A DNA stretch of 64,000 nucleotides from Vicugna vicugna. Lineage: Eukaryota. A program made the translations under genes and the position numbers. The notes under the pieces were generated by a model. That model was given only the letters and a program-made list of their open reading frames with translations. It was not told the origin of the DNA and searched no databases. Below, piece by piece: positions 49,671 to 64,000 of this stretch (its first letter is position 1; every line of letters begins with the position of its first letter). The stretch covers positions 261,195-325,194 of the forward strand of contig MU057936.1 of the NCBI GenBank assembly GCA_013265495.1, written 5' to 3'.

Positions 49671-50459
49671 TCTCGAAACAGAGGATTTGGGCATGGAATT
49701 CTGTTAAGGGCTGCTTTGTGAGCTTTTGTGTGTATGCAGTCTGTCTCTCCCAGATCTCAAATGCCACGAGGGTGGGTCAGCTTATTCATTGTTGTGTATT
49801 CTGTTATATAGTAGGCACTCAGCAGATGGCATCCGAATAAATCCGACCAAAGTTCTACACGGTGAAAAGAGGACCACAAAGCACAGTGCGTTTTCTTCTG
49901 CTGTATGTTATAACTCAACCTGTGTTCCAAGTTAGGTAACAAATTACTAAAAAAAGAATTCTACTGAAAACATATTTCTAACTGACACAGTTCAGATTTG
50001 GGAATGATGAAAATATGTATGAGTAAAATTGTTGTGAGTGATAAATTTTAGTAAACAAAAAGATAGTAGTCTAAGTAGAAAGCAAATGCCAAAAGTCATT
50101 AATTTTCTTCAGTGTGTGGATCAAATGAACTTCACAGATGAAACTTTTGCTCAAATGCTTCTTAATGTAGAGCAGATCCTTCTTAATGTATAACAAACAC
50201 TATTCTGAAACAAAGCAAGGATCAGAATGCCATTTCTATTACACTTATTAGACCAAAAGCCCTTGGGTACACCTTATCCTAAATGATATAGTTTTAATTG
50301 CATAAGCAAACTCAGAAGACAGGCTTTAAACCATAAAGAAGGAAAGGAACCTAACACCAACATAACAACAACAAAATTTCAAATTAAGCTCACATCTATC
50401 GGCTAACTTGTGAACACATTTTAAATCACTACTTCCTAAGAATTAAATGTGTTTCATAA

Positions 50460-51480
50460 TATGCCAATCCATTTGTTCATTCCTTCATTCACCAAATATT
50501 TATTTAATTCCTCTATGTGCCAGCACAGTTTCATATGCTAAAGACCAGAACTATGAAGGAAACAGAAGAGAAATGCTTCTGGGCTTACAGCTCTGGGGGA
50601 GAGCAGTAATAAACACAACAAAGAGATGTCAGGTGGTGATAAATGCTGGGAAGAAAAGTAATTCACAGAAGGGGAAGAGGCTGCAATTTAAGGTAGGATA
50701 CTTCCTCACTGAGAAAGTGAACTTGATGGAGAGCGGCAAGGGAGCGCAGAAATACCCACCTGGAAGAGGAAAGAGCAAGGACCAAAGTCCTGAGGCAGGA
50801 CACGTGCTACGTGTGTGTAAGGAGCCTCAAGGCTGCCGCGGCAGAGTGAAGAACAGGTGGTGGGTGGTGAGTCATGCGTGATGAGGTCAAGCAGTACCGG
50901 CAGCAGTAGTGGAGGGGGAGAGCGGAGAAGGGTGGGGACTGACAGTGCAGTGCCTTGTGGGAGATTCTGAGCACTGACATCTACTGAGGGAAACAGGAAG
51001 CCCTTACAGAGAAGACATTGTAAAGGATCACTTTAGCCTGCTGTTTGGAGAATTACCTGTGAGCAGAGGGCCATGAAATCATATGGATGAGAGAGTGATG
51101 GTGGCCTGGATGTTAAGTGGTAATGAGAAGAGAGGCTGAGAGGTGGCTATATTCTGAGCATATTTTCATGCTAGAACCAAGACTGTTGTGCATATGAAAA
51201 AGAAGAGTCAGGGATGACAACAAGGTCTGGGGCTTAGCAAAGAGATGTATGGACTGAGTTATTACCACTGACTGAGACCAGAAAGGCTGTGGTAGTAGCA
51301 GAATTGGGGGGAAGGCACATCAATCTGTTTAGTTTGAGAACCATATTCAATCCCAAGAGGAGGTGCTGGGTAGGCAGTTAGTCACCCAGGTCTGCCGTTC
51401 AGGGTAACCCTCCAGGATATAAATTTGGGACTCATTAGCATTCCAACCCACAAACTAGGAAATCTCACCAGGGTAGTGAG
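50460..51480. mobile_element. LINE-2 3' fragment
   Basis: CATTCCTTCATTCACCAAATATTTATT...CTATGTGCCAGCAC tail with a G/A-rich body. Confidence 0.7.
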
Positions 51481-51829
51481 TAGAGACAGAGGAGAGCAGT
51501 TTCAAGAAATGAGGTGATTGCTAGAGGGAGACACAGGGTAAAGAGAGTTGTTCTTTTCCTAAAAGGTGTGTAGGCTACTGAGAATGATTCTAGAGAGGAA
51601 AAGATGATGTTGGAGAGTGTAGAGAATTGCTTGAGCAATTGCTGAAAGACTTTCTTCTTCTTTTTGCTTTGAAGATCGCTGAAGCACAGCATCCTGTTTG
51701 CGAGCAGGAAAGGATACAGAGACGCACTGAGACACACAAGGACCAGAGAGGGAAGCAATAAAAACACTGCTCACCTTGAAAGCAATAAAAGACGTCAGTA
51801 AGGTAGAAAGATATACAGTTAACACATAG

Positions 51830-54800
51830 AAATCAGTAGCCTACAAAACACATATCTGACAATGGATTTATATCTAGAACATATGGAAAACTTTCAAAAC
51901 TCAAAAATGAAACAATCCAATTAGAAAATATGCAAAACACATGAAGGAAGACAGAATAAAACATATAAATGGAAAATAAACACATGAAAAGATGTTCAAC
52001 ATTATTAGCCGTTAAGAAAATGGAAATTAAAATCACAATGTGGTATCACTATACACCTATCAGAATGACTAAAATAAAACACAATACCACCACCAAGTGC
52101 TGGCAAGTATGCAGAGAAACTGGATCACAAACACTGCTGGTGGTAATTTAAAATGGTAATTTCCACAATGACAAATTGGCCTGTTCAATGTCCTAAAGAA
52201 CTACACATATATTTACCATACAACTCAACAATTGTACTCCTGGGGATTTACCCCAGAGAAATAAAAACTTATGTTCACACAAAAACCTGTACACAAATAT
52301 TCATAGCAGCTTTATATGAAATAGCTCCAAACAGATGATCATCAACAAGTGAATGGTTCAATAAACTGGGATACAATCATACCATGGAATACTACTCAGC
52401 AATAAAAAGGAATGAACTACTGACACACGCAACTTGGATGAATCTCAAGAGCATTATGCTGAGTGTAAAAAGCCAGCATTAAAAGGTTTCATATTACATG
52501 ATTCCATTTATATAAGATTCTTGTAGTGACTGAGTTATAGAGGTGGGGAACAGATTAGTGATTACCAGAGGTTAGGGATGGTAGCAGGGGGGTGATTATT
52601 AAGGGAGATTTTGTAGTAATGAATGAATTCTGCTTCTTAACTATAATGGTGGTTACAGGAATCTAAGTGATAAAATGGCAAGGAACTATAAACACGGGTT
52701 GTACCAATGTCAGTTTCCTGGTTTTGAAACTGCATTACAATTATGTAAGATGTAACTATTGGGGGAAACTGGGTAAAGCTACATGGGACCTCTCTGTATT
52801 ATCTTTGCACTCTTCTGAGAATTTCTAATTACCTCAAAATAAAAACTTTAAAAAAGTCTAATGCATCCTTGAAAGTATTTACAAACTAGTGAGTATGACA
52901 AAAAAGAAGCAGACTCATAGATACAGAGAACAAACTAGTGGTTACCAGTTTGGGGCGGGGGGACAAAATAGAGGCAAGGGATTAAGAGGTACAAACTATT
53001 AGGTTTAAAATAGGCTACAAGGATATATTGTACAACTCGGGAAATATAGCAAATATTGTATAATAACTATAAACAGTTTAACCCTTAAAATTGTGAATCA
53101 CTATACAGTACACCTGTAGTTTATACAATATTATACATCAACTATACTTCAATAAAAAATGGATAAACTATTTTTAAAAAATCCTTTGACCATAGGATTT
53201 CTTAGAACTCAAATCAAAATAAATACCTGGTTCATTAATTTAAAAAAAATCAATAGCCTAGTACATAAGTGTTCATATAGCAGCCTCATTTGTACTACCC
53301 CAAATTGGAAACAACCCAGATGTCCGTATGTATACAATGATACACTACTCAGTAATAAAAATGAATGAACTATTGATATGTTCACTAGGATGCATCTGAC
53401 CATAATTATGCTGAGTGAAAGAAGTCAGACAAAAGAGAGTGCATAATGTATGATTTCACTTACAGAAAACTCTAGAAAATATAAACTAATCTACAGTGAC
53501 AGGAATCAGATGAACCATTGCCTGGAGGTGGCCATGATCATGGGGAGAGGCGAGGTAGAGGAAATACAATGGGACAAGAAGAAACATTTGGGAAAGATGA
53601 ATCTGTTTACTATCTTGATTGTGGTTATGGTTTCATGAGTGTATGCATATGTCAAATTTTACCAACCTGTATAATTTTTATATGTGTAGTTAATCATATG
53701 TCAAGTATAATTCAATAAGGTTTAAAAACCCACAGCTAGCTTACACAGTCACAAATGATAACCAGTGCAACTCTATCATGGAAAGGAACAACCCATTTAC
53801 AGCAGCAACAAAGCAATACTTATGGACTAAGTACATACTGAGTTTAGTTATATGATAAAGGCTACCCAAAATCACTGGGGCAAAGAGAGATTTTACAATA
53901 AAAGGTATTTTGACCCTGGATAGCCATGTGAAAAAAAAATCAGATCCATAACTCACACCACACCCAGAAATAAACTGTAAGTGAATCAGAGATCTAAATG
54001 TAAAAAGTTAAATATATTAGAAGAAATTGGGTCAATTCCTCTATAACTAAGGATAAGAGGAAGGTTTTCTACTATAATTAAAAATCTGGATTTAATAAAA
54101 TACCTGTTTAATTAATGGGTATAATGAAACCGAAAAAAATTGCATGGGTGCATGGGAAAAAGCCATAAACAAAGTCAAAATATAAACAACAATTACAAGC
54201 AAACATTTGAAATATATCACCAATAAAAATTAATATATCTAATACACTTTTTAAAAATTGAAGGGAAAAAAGGACCATAAATATGACAGAAAAATGGGCA
54301 AAGACAATTCACAAGACAGATATAAAAATAGCCCATAAACATATGATTAAACATGCAACTTCACTCATAAGAGAAATGCAAATTGAAACAACAAGACATC
54401 ATGTCACATCCAACAGACTGAAAAGAAAGTCAAACCTTTGAAAATACACTCTGCTGGCTAGACCGTGAGGAAATAGGCACTCTCAAATACCTCGTGGTAT
54501 TGTGAAACACTACAACCCTTACGGAGGGTACTCTGGCAACAGTTCACCACACGTGCATCAACCCTCGACCAGCAATCCACTTCTAAGAATTCACCCTGAA
54601 GACATACTTCCAAAAATGCAAAAATACATATGCACAAAATCATTTACTACAGCATTATCTGTAATTGCAAAAATACTGGAAACTACTTAATGCCCAAATA
54701 CAGCAGACTGGTTGAATAAACTGTGACACACACTTACAAGGAAGTACTATACAGTTTTTACATCTCTGTGAATACACACAGAGTGACCTCCAGAATGGAT

Positions 54801-55610
54801 GGATAGATGGATGGATATAAACGTTTCCCTCCTCCCTATTATGATATGGATATTGCAACTGTGAAACCACTGTATGTGTGTTGCAGGACTGAGCAAATGA
54901 CTTAATATATTGATGTTACTGGGAGTCAGGATTCTCATTGTGGAAAATTATCTGCAAAGAATGTCTATATCTCGACCACAAATGTAGAATGGGGAAAACA
55001 ACGAAGAACCTTGAGTAGTATTGGAATTAGAGATTAGCAGGATGAACTTGCAATTCCATACACACAGACAGGCACATATTTTTTTAATGTGTGTAATTTT
55101 CCTAGCTCTGTTGCCTGAAGGCCCAGAGCCATGGTACTTTCACAGCAACAAGAACACTCTAGCTCTGGGATCCACCAAGACTGCGGAGAGAAACAGCCAA
55201 TTCCAAGGCTGGGTCAGGAACGCACAAGATCATCCTGGAACACCTTTGTTGGGCCAAACAGTTAAAAAGTGCTCAAAAAAATGATAGGGACATGTCAAAG
55301 AGACAGAGAAGCCAGTTTGAAGACACTTCTATTAGCCAAATCTGAGATAATTTGATCACAACATTGATAGTAATGGATTATAACTCATTGAATAAAGTAA
55401 CCTATGAAAGATATAGAGAGATCAAGGGACAGTTCCTGCCCACAATGGAATGCCAACAAACATACATAGAACGATGGAGTCAGAAGTTCACATTTAGCAT
55501 TATATTAAACTATACTGTAACTGATTCAGTCAAGAATTATCAACAGCAGGCGTTAAAACTAGTGAACAGAAGTTTGGTGGAGAAGAGAGTATGTACATAG
55601 TTTCAGGTAT
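51830..55610 (+). mobile_element. Cluster of old L1 3' fragments (L1MB/L1MC-like), including an artiodactyl-type L1 3' end at ~52880-53157
   Basis: Peptides HMKRCSTLLAVKKMEIKITMWYHYTPIRM and LLGIYPREIKTYVHTKTCTQIFIAALYEIAPN, plus several L1 3' UTR ends. Confidence 0.8.
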
Positions 55611-56949
55611 ATTCCCACTGAAGTACCGACCTTTCCTTTAAAGGAGAATGATAAGCAGGCTGAAAAGTCATTAGCTTTATGAAAACCACAGTTGAGTATG
55701 TAAAATTTGTATTTTTTGAAAAACATAGTATCAAAAACTAAGTCTTATTTAAGTATTTAGTTTTATTAAAAACTGCATGCGACAAAGCACTATTTATAAG
55801 CACTATTTATACTATAGTCCGAATGTTCTTATTAAAAAATTATCTATGTACTAAAAATAAGCCAGAATGAGAAATAGAAAAATTATAAATCTGATGGTGT
55901 TAAAAATTCAAGTGCTTATTCATTTCATGTTTTTACTATATTGTCAATTTCTCTATAATGAACATGTATTAATTTTATAAGAAGAAAAAATATGTAAAAT
56001 AAAACAAGCAAGGAATAAGCAGATGCAGAAGAAAAAAGCTGGAAAGAAATAAAAACCCCAACAGTGCTGTGAACAGTGCCCTGTGATAACATGGTGGGAT
56101 TATGGATGATGTCTTCTTTTCCCTATTTTTAACTGTGGAATTTGACTTAAAAACTATGATGCTCAGTTTACCATTTTATAAACTGATTTTGTCTTTGTTG
56201 TGCACAGTGGAATCTAGCACAGCTGCCTCTCAAATCATCTCTCCTTGAACTCCTTCCTCTTACCCCCTGGATCCTTCTTTACCTAACAAGAGCACAAAGG
56301 TCCTTTCTTTAAAACATCTACATCTACTGCTCCTGAGATTATTTGATGTCCCTTTAGCACATCTGACATCACTCATCTCCATGCAGTGCTACTTTCCTGG
56401 CTGGGGCACAGGAATGGACGGATCTTCACAGAATGGCTGCCTCTGGTAACGTCACTGCCAAGTGTGAAGCGGTTCCGGAGATGGCACACCCCTGCCTGGT
56501 GCCGTCTCCTCCCCGTTCTCCTTGAACAGCACGCAGTTCAGAGGAAAGAGAGGTGAAGGAGTCTTCTCAGAGCGGGCAGGGAGTTCACATAAGCCTTTGC
56601 TTTTGTAGCAGAAGCAAAATGTTTTAAAACAGCATCAGGATCTATCAGTTTCTCCTGCACTTTCTCTCTCATCCCGCAGGACAAGGTGAAGATGGGATCT
56701 AGAACTTTCTGAACAAAGCCTCACGGGAAACAACTGCCACCCCCTGGCTAGGATGACCAGTCTCTCAGCTCGGAGGGTCCTATGGAAACGGGGCCCTCAG
56801 AGATGGAGCAGCACGCAGGGAAGTGGACCTCACTCCCCGACCCTCGCGGCGTTCTTAGTCACAGGCCATGTTCAGAGTTCTTGGAGAGGGTAGTTTTTAA
56901 CTGACAGCAACGCATACAATTTGGGAGTGCAGATTTCAAATACACATCA

Positions 56950-57339
<390 letters not shown>

Positions 57340-58469
57340 TCATGTGAGGATGTCCTTTCAGTAGCAGTCGCCCTGGGCAGGGACAGTGACATGATTAACT
57401 ACATTATCTCCAGACATTAGCACATTCCTGCCAACCATGGGGGTTTAAATATAGCATAATGCTGATAGCAGCACTCAGACTCGTTACTGCAGGAAGAGCA
57501 CCAGGCGTTCTGCTGTCAGACAGCAGCAGCCAAACCAAAGTCCGGCCTCTGGACCGTCAGTCTTTGTCCCCCTCCCTCAAAAGAAATAAAACTCCAATCG
57601 ACCTTATAGAAGCCCAGAGACCCTTAGTTGTATAAAAAGACAAGATGACAAAATATGAAGAAATTAAGATAAATTTGGCCCTAATTTATTTGAAGGAGTA
57701 TTAATAATAATTTTGTTCTACATGCACATAAGATAAATATATCATGACACTTTAATATATTCAACCCATTTCGATGTCCTTCAGAAAAAGATTCTTCTGC
57801 ACGACTTATAGAGGCATTTTATATAAACATTCAAAATGCACATTTATGATACCCAGTAAAATAAGGCAACAGTTATATGCATACTCATGAGAAATTGTTT
57901 TTATTTTTACATACAGATTCATTTTAAACTACACTTCAATTACATTTTTCTTAAAGTGTCATGCCTGTCTGGAGAGATAAACAGAATGCTACCAGAATTT
58001 AACCTTTGCTAATCCAAAGAAATTAGAAAATTCCCTAATCTTAAAGAGTTCTAACATGAGGGACGGCACATTACAGATCCTTCAGGATGTTTTAAAAAGA
58101 AAAAGTCCTCATGCAAACGACATTTTGAAGTAAAAAACAGTAAGTGCTCTTTTAAAAAGGGCAACAATAGCAATGAATTTAAGGTTAACCTCGTTTATGA
58201 AATGTATATTTCACTTGATAGAAGATACGGATTCATTACTTAGGATTCTTAAAAATATCCAATGGATAACAGTTACATGGCTACACTGAAAACTAGTTGG
58301 CCTTCCATAAGTGCTTCCTTCCTCCTGTACCTCAGAAGGGTGCCCATCTATAAAAATGAATCACACAGTCATCAATTATCATTCGAAGAAATCTTAAAAA
58401 ATAAAAAGGTGCTGCAGAATTGGAGAGTAACACTGGAATTTTCTATCAGTGCTTTTCACCGTTCTGCAG

Positions 58470-58630
58470 CATCGGAACCCCCCGCTGGGCTTACTGTCAC
58501 ACATACTGCTGGGCCTGCCTCCTAGAGTTTCTGACTCTGCAGGTCTGAGGCAGGCCCAAGGAGCCGCACTTCTGGTAAGTCTCCAGGCACTGCTGGGACT
58601 GCTGGTCCCACTACCGCAGTTTGAAACCAA
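58470..58630. mobile_element. MER5-type hAT DNA transposon fossil
   Basis: TGCTGGGCCTGCCTCCTAGAGTTTCTGACTCTGCAGGTCTGAGGCAGGCCCAAG...TGCTGGTCC...TTTGAAACCA. Similar fragments at ~29300-29600. Confidence 0.65.
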
Positions 58631-60479
58631 TACTCAAATGTGAGCTGCTTAGAAAACTAGTACTGAGGAAGGTGTGTATGGAATGCTGGGATTAACACAT
58701 TTAAAAACATCTTCTACTGCATGACTTTTTAGGGCCTTTTACACATATTTAATGTATTTGTAAATATCCAGGAAAGGAACATGACACAGTATTTACCATA
58801 TTTATTTGACTATGGAGCCTTTCTTTAGAAAACATTTCACTGAATTAACAACTTCCTAGCCATTGGTCTTATTTATGCCAATGACAAATAATTCTCTTCC
58901 ATATAATAGGCCAACTAATACAGGAAGACAGTAACTGATTTTCCTTGAGGCTCCTCTTTTCTAGGATAAACATGCCTAGCTCCTTCATCTGTTGGCCACA
59001 TAAAACAGACAGGAGTCTCTGCATCTCAGAAAATACTGTATCCTATACTGAGTGTGGTCTGAAAAGTACAAAACTGATCAGGATCGCCTTCCTTGTTTTT
59101 AAACATGTCAATAAAGTCTAATATATCCTTGGCTTTTGTGAGATTTTTCTTGAAAATAAACCAATCAATAATATATTTTAAGCTTTTAAGAGGGAAAAAA
59201 CCTAAATTCTCCTAAGAGAAAATGTGATATGCTATCTCTATGGAAAAGGGAGTCAAGGAAAGCAGCTAACTCTTGAAACCAGAAAGTAGGCTAATTCAGG
59301 AGGTTTAACAACTATAAGGTAATATATAGCAAGACACAGCTCTTCTAATCCCAGTCCAATCAAATAAGAGCATTCCACAGACACCTTCGGATTATTTCTT
59401 GTACTGGGAGGCAAAATGATGTAAATTGAGAATTCTAAATGGAATAAGCTGGCAAGTAGATTTTATCTCAATTAGAAGATACCAGCTGAGTAAGAATCCA
59501 ACCAGTAGGAAAGATACTGCTACAGATTAGTTGTGTCTGCCATATATTAGGGAATAGGAAGTTGTGGCAGGTTATTTGCCAGTCCTCATCAAAGTAATTT
59601 GGAAAGCTAATGGGTGATGCCAAAATTAGGATATTTTCAACATAGAAGCAAAATAAAAGGGAAGATAGCAGCTTGAACCTATATGATAAGATCAGACTAT
59701 TTCTTCCAAAAACAGTGGGCAATTTCTATGATGCAAGGACTTGTGTTTGGACTTCTAAAACTAAAGCAGTGATGTTTGAAACTAAAGCTGACCACTTCCC
59801 TCTGCCTCCTTCTCCTCAAATTGTGAGTTAGCCCACAGCTGTCCAGAATCATGTGCATGCCTACATCAGAGACAACATAATGTGACAAGTATACAGAATG
59901 TAAATTTACTCTGAGAACACAACACTGAGGTGTATTTCAAACGTGTTCTTTTCTCATTAAAGGAAATAAAGAAAAACCTAAACTGATTTCTTTAGATTCA
60001 GTTAGTAAACACCCTTACTAAAGAAAATATTTAAACTCTAAGGCTGATAAACATATACAATAATAAGTGTATTAATTCAAAAAATGTAACTACTTTTTCT
60101 TAATTTCGACATAAATACCTCTCACCCATGCTTTCTTTGCAAAAGAAAATAAAAATGATGAAATAAGATGGCTTTGCAAGTAACTCCCTAAACAACTAAC
60201 TTTAACCAAAATATATAGCTATATTCTTTTCATTCATTGCAGGATACTAAAACTGATATTTTAGTGCTAAAAATTTTATCCAGGTGAAGTAATGTCCATA
60301 CGTTCACTGGAAAACAGCAGATGATAAGGCCTGCAAATTAACAGCCCACTTGGAAAATCTCTACTCCAATTATCTAATCAGTTCTCTCATCTTGGGTCTG
60401 AATTCACTAACAGAGCCATTATTTAAAGTTGTGAATGTTTACATTTTTCTTTTAAGTGAACAAAATTCTTTTCCTTAGG

Positions 60480-61210
60480 ACATATTTGCCAAACATAGAC
60501 TATGTACAATGAGATCATGACAAGTCACAAAGATGTGTAGGAGATGGCCTTTGCCCTCAAGGTTCTTCAGTGCGAGAGATAATGAAGATAAAAGAGATAC
60601 ACAAAGAACACTAATGCAAGATGGAACAAGGTAGTTGCTCTTTGAGATCAGAAGGCAGGCATATTTCTCCTGGGTACGTGTGTTTGGGGGTGAGAGAGGG
60701 ACCTGGAGAAGGGCTCATGAAAAGTGCATTTGGGCTGGCCTTTTAAACATTGGCAGGGCTGGGACATTCAAAGATGGTGAGGAAGCACATCCTAGGGAAA
60801 CAAAACAGTGATTGAGGGCCTGGAATGGAATAAACTAAGGGCCATAGATAAGGAACAGTGAGCTGGTCAGTAGGGCCAGAGTACAACATTCAAAAGAGGA
60901 AGAGAGGGAAAGGAAACCAGAAAGGGGCCAGTAGCCATGTCATGGAGGCACTTAATGTTAGGCTAAGATATTTAAACTCTTTGAGAACATTCAAGATTTT
61001 AGACTGATACTTTGTGGAGAATAACCTAAAAAAATATGTATGTACAACAGATCTGGGGGTAGGATGAGGAGAACATGGAGGGATAAAGACCAGGAAAAAG
61101 GCTACTTACAATGGACCAGGTTAAGAAATAATGAGATCATGCATTAGAATGGTGGCAATAGGAAAGGAAAGAAACGGACAGATGTGAAAGATATGGCTAT
61201 TGGGTGACTT
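60480..61210. mobile_element. Probable LINE-2 fragment
   Basis: GCCTTTGCCCTCAAGG and a G/A-rich body ending GGACAGATGTGAAAGATAT. Confidence 0.5.
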
Positions 61211-62272
61211 CTCTGGCCACTACACCTATCATGTATCTTATTCTTTAGTTAAATCAAATCTTACCATTCTCCAAATAGACTCATATGCCTCCATAATTTT
61301 GTACCTAATAGTTCCTCTACCTAGGAAACGCCTATTCCATTCAGATGTAACATCCTCTAAAACCCTCAAGTCTACTCCCCACTCCATTAGACAGAGCTGC
61401 TGTAGCTGCTCAGTATTTATGTATACTTCAATTACAGCAATTAACTAAACTGTATTATAATTTTTGGTATGGCTATCTGGTTCCCCCTCAAGACTATAAG
61501 CTTCTTGAAAGCACAGCCCATATATTATTAATACTTTGATCCAACCTCTTTAATAATACCTGGGAAAGAACTTGGTACAGAACAAGATTCACTAAGTGAA
61601 CAACAAAGGAAAAGGTAGAATGGGAGAAACCTGAAAACTGAACAACTAGAAGCTGGGAAGCCATGGACCTCGCCTCTAATTATGTAGTAGCACCGCAAAC
61701 TTAATGTAAGATTGTGAAATAAATATATTTACAGCAAAGTTGCTAGTGAGACAGCACCTGAATATCTTTTAGCAAGAGGAACTATTTTTTTTTGAAATTT
61801 GTAGAATCCTCCTATTTATGCCCCCCTTGAAGCACAATTTCTTTTTGTTGTTTTGAAAGAACCACTGACTTCCCCTAATAGTATGTAGAGGAGTAGCTGG
61901 AAACTTACTGTTCTGGGAAGAGGGTCGAGCCAGATGCTCTTTGGCTTTGCAAGGAACCAGCACCTTGGCTCCCCAGGGCACTGCAGCAAATTCATGGAGG
62001 ATGTGTGGGGTATTTTACATTTTGGGAGGAAATGCGTTGATACTCAACATCTGTTTAGACATCACACAAACTATTACCTTAAGGTAATTCACGGTTTCAT
62101 CATTCGATATTTCTACATTCCTTTTCTTTGGGAAGCCGGATTTTCGGCTAGTGATTAAAGAAAACAAGTGCTGTGTTTGAGGAGTGTGAAGATTTGAGAA
62201 GTTGTGCAGTGCCCAACAGGTACACACATCCCATTAGTAACTGCATGTCTTTTTAAGATAGAAATACTGAAA

Positions 62273-62529
62273 CAAAGTGAGTCACATGAATTTTTTGGTT
62301 TCCCAGTGCATACAAAATTTATGTTTACACTGTACTATAGCCTACTGAGTGTACAATAGTGTTGTCTTAACAAAAACTACATATATACCTTAATTTAAAA
62401 AATTCTTTACTGCTAAAAAAATGCTAACTATCACCTGACAGCATGGGATTGCTACAAACCTTCAATTTGTAAAAAACACAATAATGCAAAGCACAATAAA
62501 GTGAAGCACAATAAAAGGAGGTATGCCTG
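62273..62529 (-). mobile_element. Internally deleted Tigger1-derived DNA transposon
   Basis: Terminal GAGGTATGCCTG followed by TA. Both Tigger1 subterminal regions are juxtaposed. Confidence 0.7.
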
Positions 62530-62571
62530 TATTATTTCTTCAGATGGCCACCAAGCTGTCTGGAGATAGAT

Positions 62572-62597
62572 ACACACACACACACACACACACACAC
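62572..62597. repeat. (AC)13 microsatellite
   Basis: Direct reading. Confidence 0.9.
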
Positions 62598-63629
62598 CTA
62601 TTAAGCTGTCTGGACCTAATTATTTAATAAATGGAACTATTAGGTATTTCTTTTCGTCTATGGCTACTATGAAAACAGAGCACTGCAACAACAAAGGGCA
62701 CTGTAAACTAGAAAGTTTGAAAAACTCCGATCTAGGGGGTCTGGAGACTGATGGAGTCCTGCCACTGCTCTCCCAAATCCATCTGGGACACCAAGCTTCA
62801 AGGGACTGGGAAGTTCCTTCTCCGAGGAAGGAAACCAACATCCCTTTTGACAGTTTAAAGTTACTAAAACCTGTCAAATGGGTTATTGTGGCCCTGACAA
62901 CAACTGGCAGGAAAAGAATACAGTGTACTCCCCTACAGCAGCCAGTCACATCACTCAGACATAGGGTTATCCTAAGCTCGCCCTTAATTAGCCACTTTGG
63001 TTCTGGAAACTTGCCTGGGGAAGGGCCAGGGAGATGAAAATCGCAACAACAAGGGCACTAGAAAGCCGCAGCACTGGGCAGTCAGGCCTGCTAGACTATG
63101 GAGTGAGCACAGGTGAGTGAAATGCAGAGTAGAAAGGTGCCCTCCTCTTGTCCCAGCACTGCTGGAAATTACTACCAGCCCAGCCAGGGCAACCTATGCC
63201 TCAGTGACTAAAGTGACTCCTCTACTGTCCTTGGAACTGTTCTGAGTACCGGAAAGCCTGGCTTGGGCGCCCTGGTTTTGAGGTAACACTATATTCTGGC
63301 AATGGCAGCGAGAGCGCCAAGAGCAAGAGAGAACAGAGACTTTCTACAAATGTATCCAGCACTCCATTATCTTTCCCCAGTGCCAGGGGCAGGGTGTGCT
63401 GCCCTAGACCTAACGTGCAACCCCAGAGTTCTTGAATTTCCCACGGGAACAGGGTTGGTCAGGGAAGGAAGAAAGACATTCTTGTATTACCAGGGGCTGT
63501 GGCTGATTCACTTGAGTAACAAACGTAATCTCATTGGTATCCCAAGTTTGTTAAGTGGTAAACATCAGTTACACATTTAGAAAGTAAGAAAGAGAGCTGT
63601 TAGAGCAAAAAGCTACGTGAGGAAAGCAA

Positions 63630-63760
63630 AAACCCTGAGCTTTCCTTCCTCATCTGTAAAACTGGAATAACAGCACCAACCTCATAGTTATAAATGAAGT
63701 AATGGACAAAAGTGCTTTGCTCAGAGCTTGCGGAAGAATGGAGCTCAATAAACAATGGTC
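63630..63760 (-). mobile_element. MIR SINE
   Basis: TTCCTCATCTGTAAAACTGGAATAACAGCACCAACCTCATAG...GCTCAATAAA. Confidence 0.7.
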
Positions 63761-64000
63761 TGACTTGTCAATGTCATGCTGGCAGTTATTCCATGAAGGG
63801 AAAAACAAGAGTTTTAACAAGATGATAAAAAAATGCATAGAAAATAAAGAATAAATGATCAAGGAAAGGGTTAACTAGCAGTGAGTTTGCCTATTTAATT
63901 CCAGCGATGCCTGGAAGTCTGGTCCCCTTGGTCAAGTTTGGGATGAAATGTACTAGCTTTATAAAGTGCTGTTTAAAGCCTAAAACTCCCTTAGGCACTC

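Overview
Mammalian genomic DNA, most likely camelid (Vic-1-type tRNA-Ala SINEs), and X-linked if PRRG1 synteny holds. The only intact protein-coding gene is PRRG1 (transmembrane Gla protein 1) on the minus strand. Its Gla exon (57001-57161), final coding exon (21142-21627) and ~3.5 kb 3' UTR are present; the first coding exon lies beyond the window. The 35 kb last intron holds an intronless, CpG-rich FTHL17-like ferritin heavy-chain copy whose original ATG is frameshifted. Two further ferritin 3'-end remnants lie just downstream of it, suggesting a fossil tandem array. Bases 1-7663 are a multi-layer nest of class I ERVs with two different tRNA primer-binding sites and a solo LTR with a TSD. 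The rest is L1, L2, MIR and DNA transposon sequence. I found no convincing new multi-gene system. The most novel-looking items are a TSD-flanked 334 bp mini-L1 that looks spliced, a 2-bp deletion shared by two young L1s that rewrites the ORF2 C-terminus, a heavily rearranged L1 with a fold-back, and the ferritin array. Repeat family names and comparisons to human proteins or tRNAs are from recognition and memory, not database searches.
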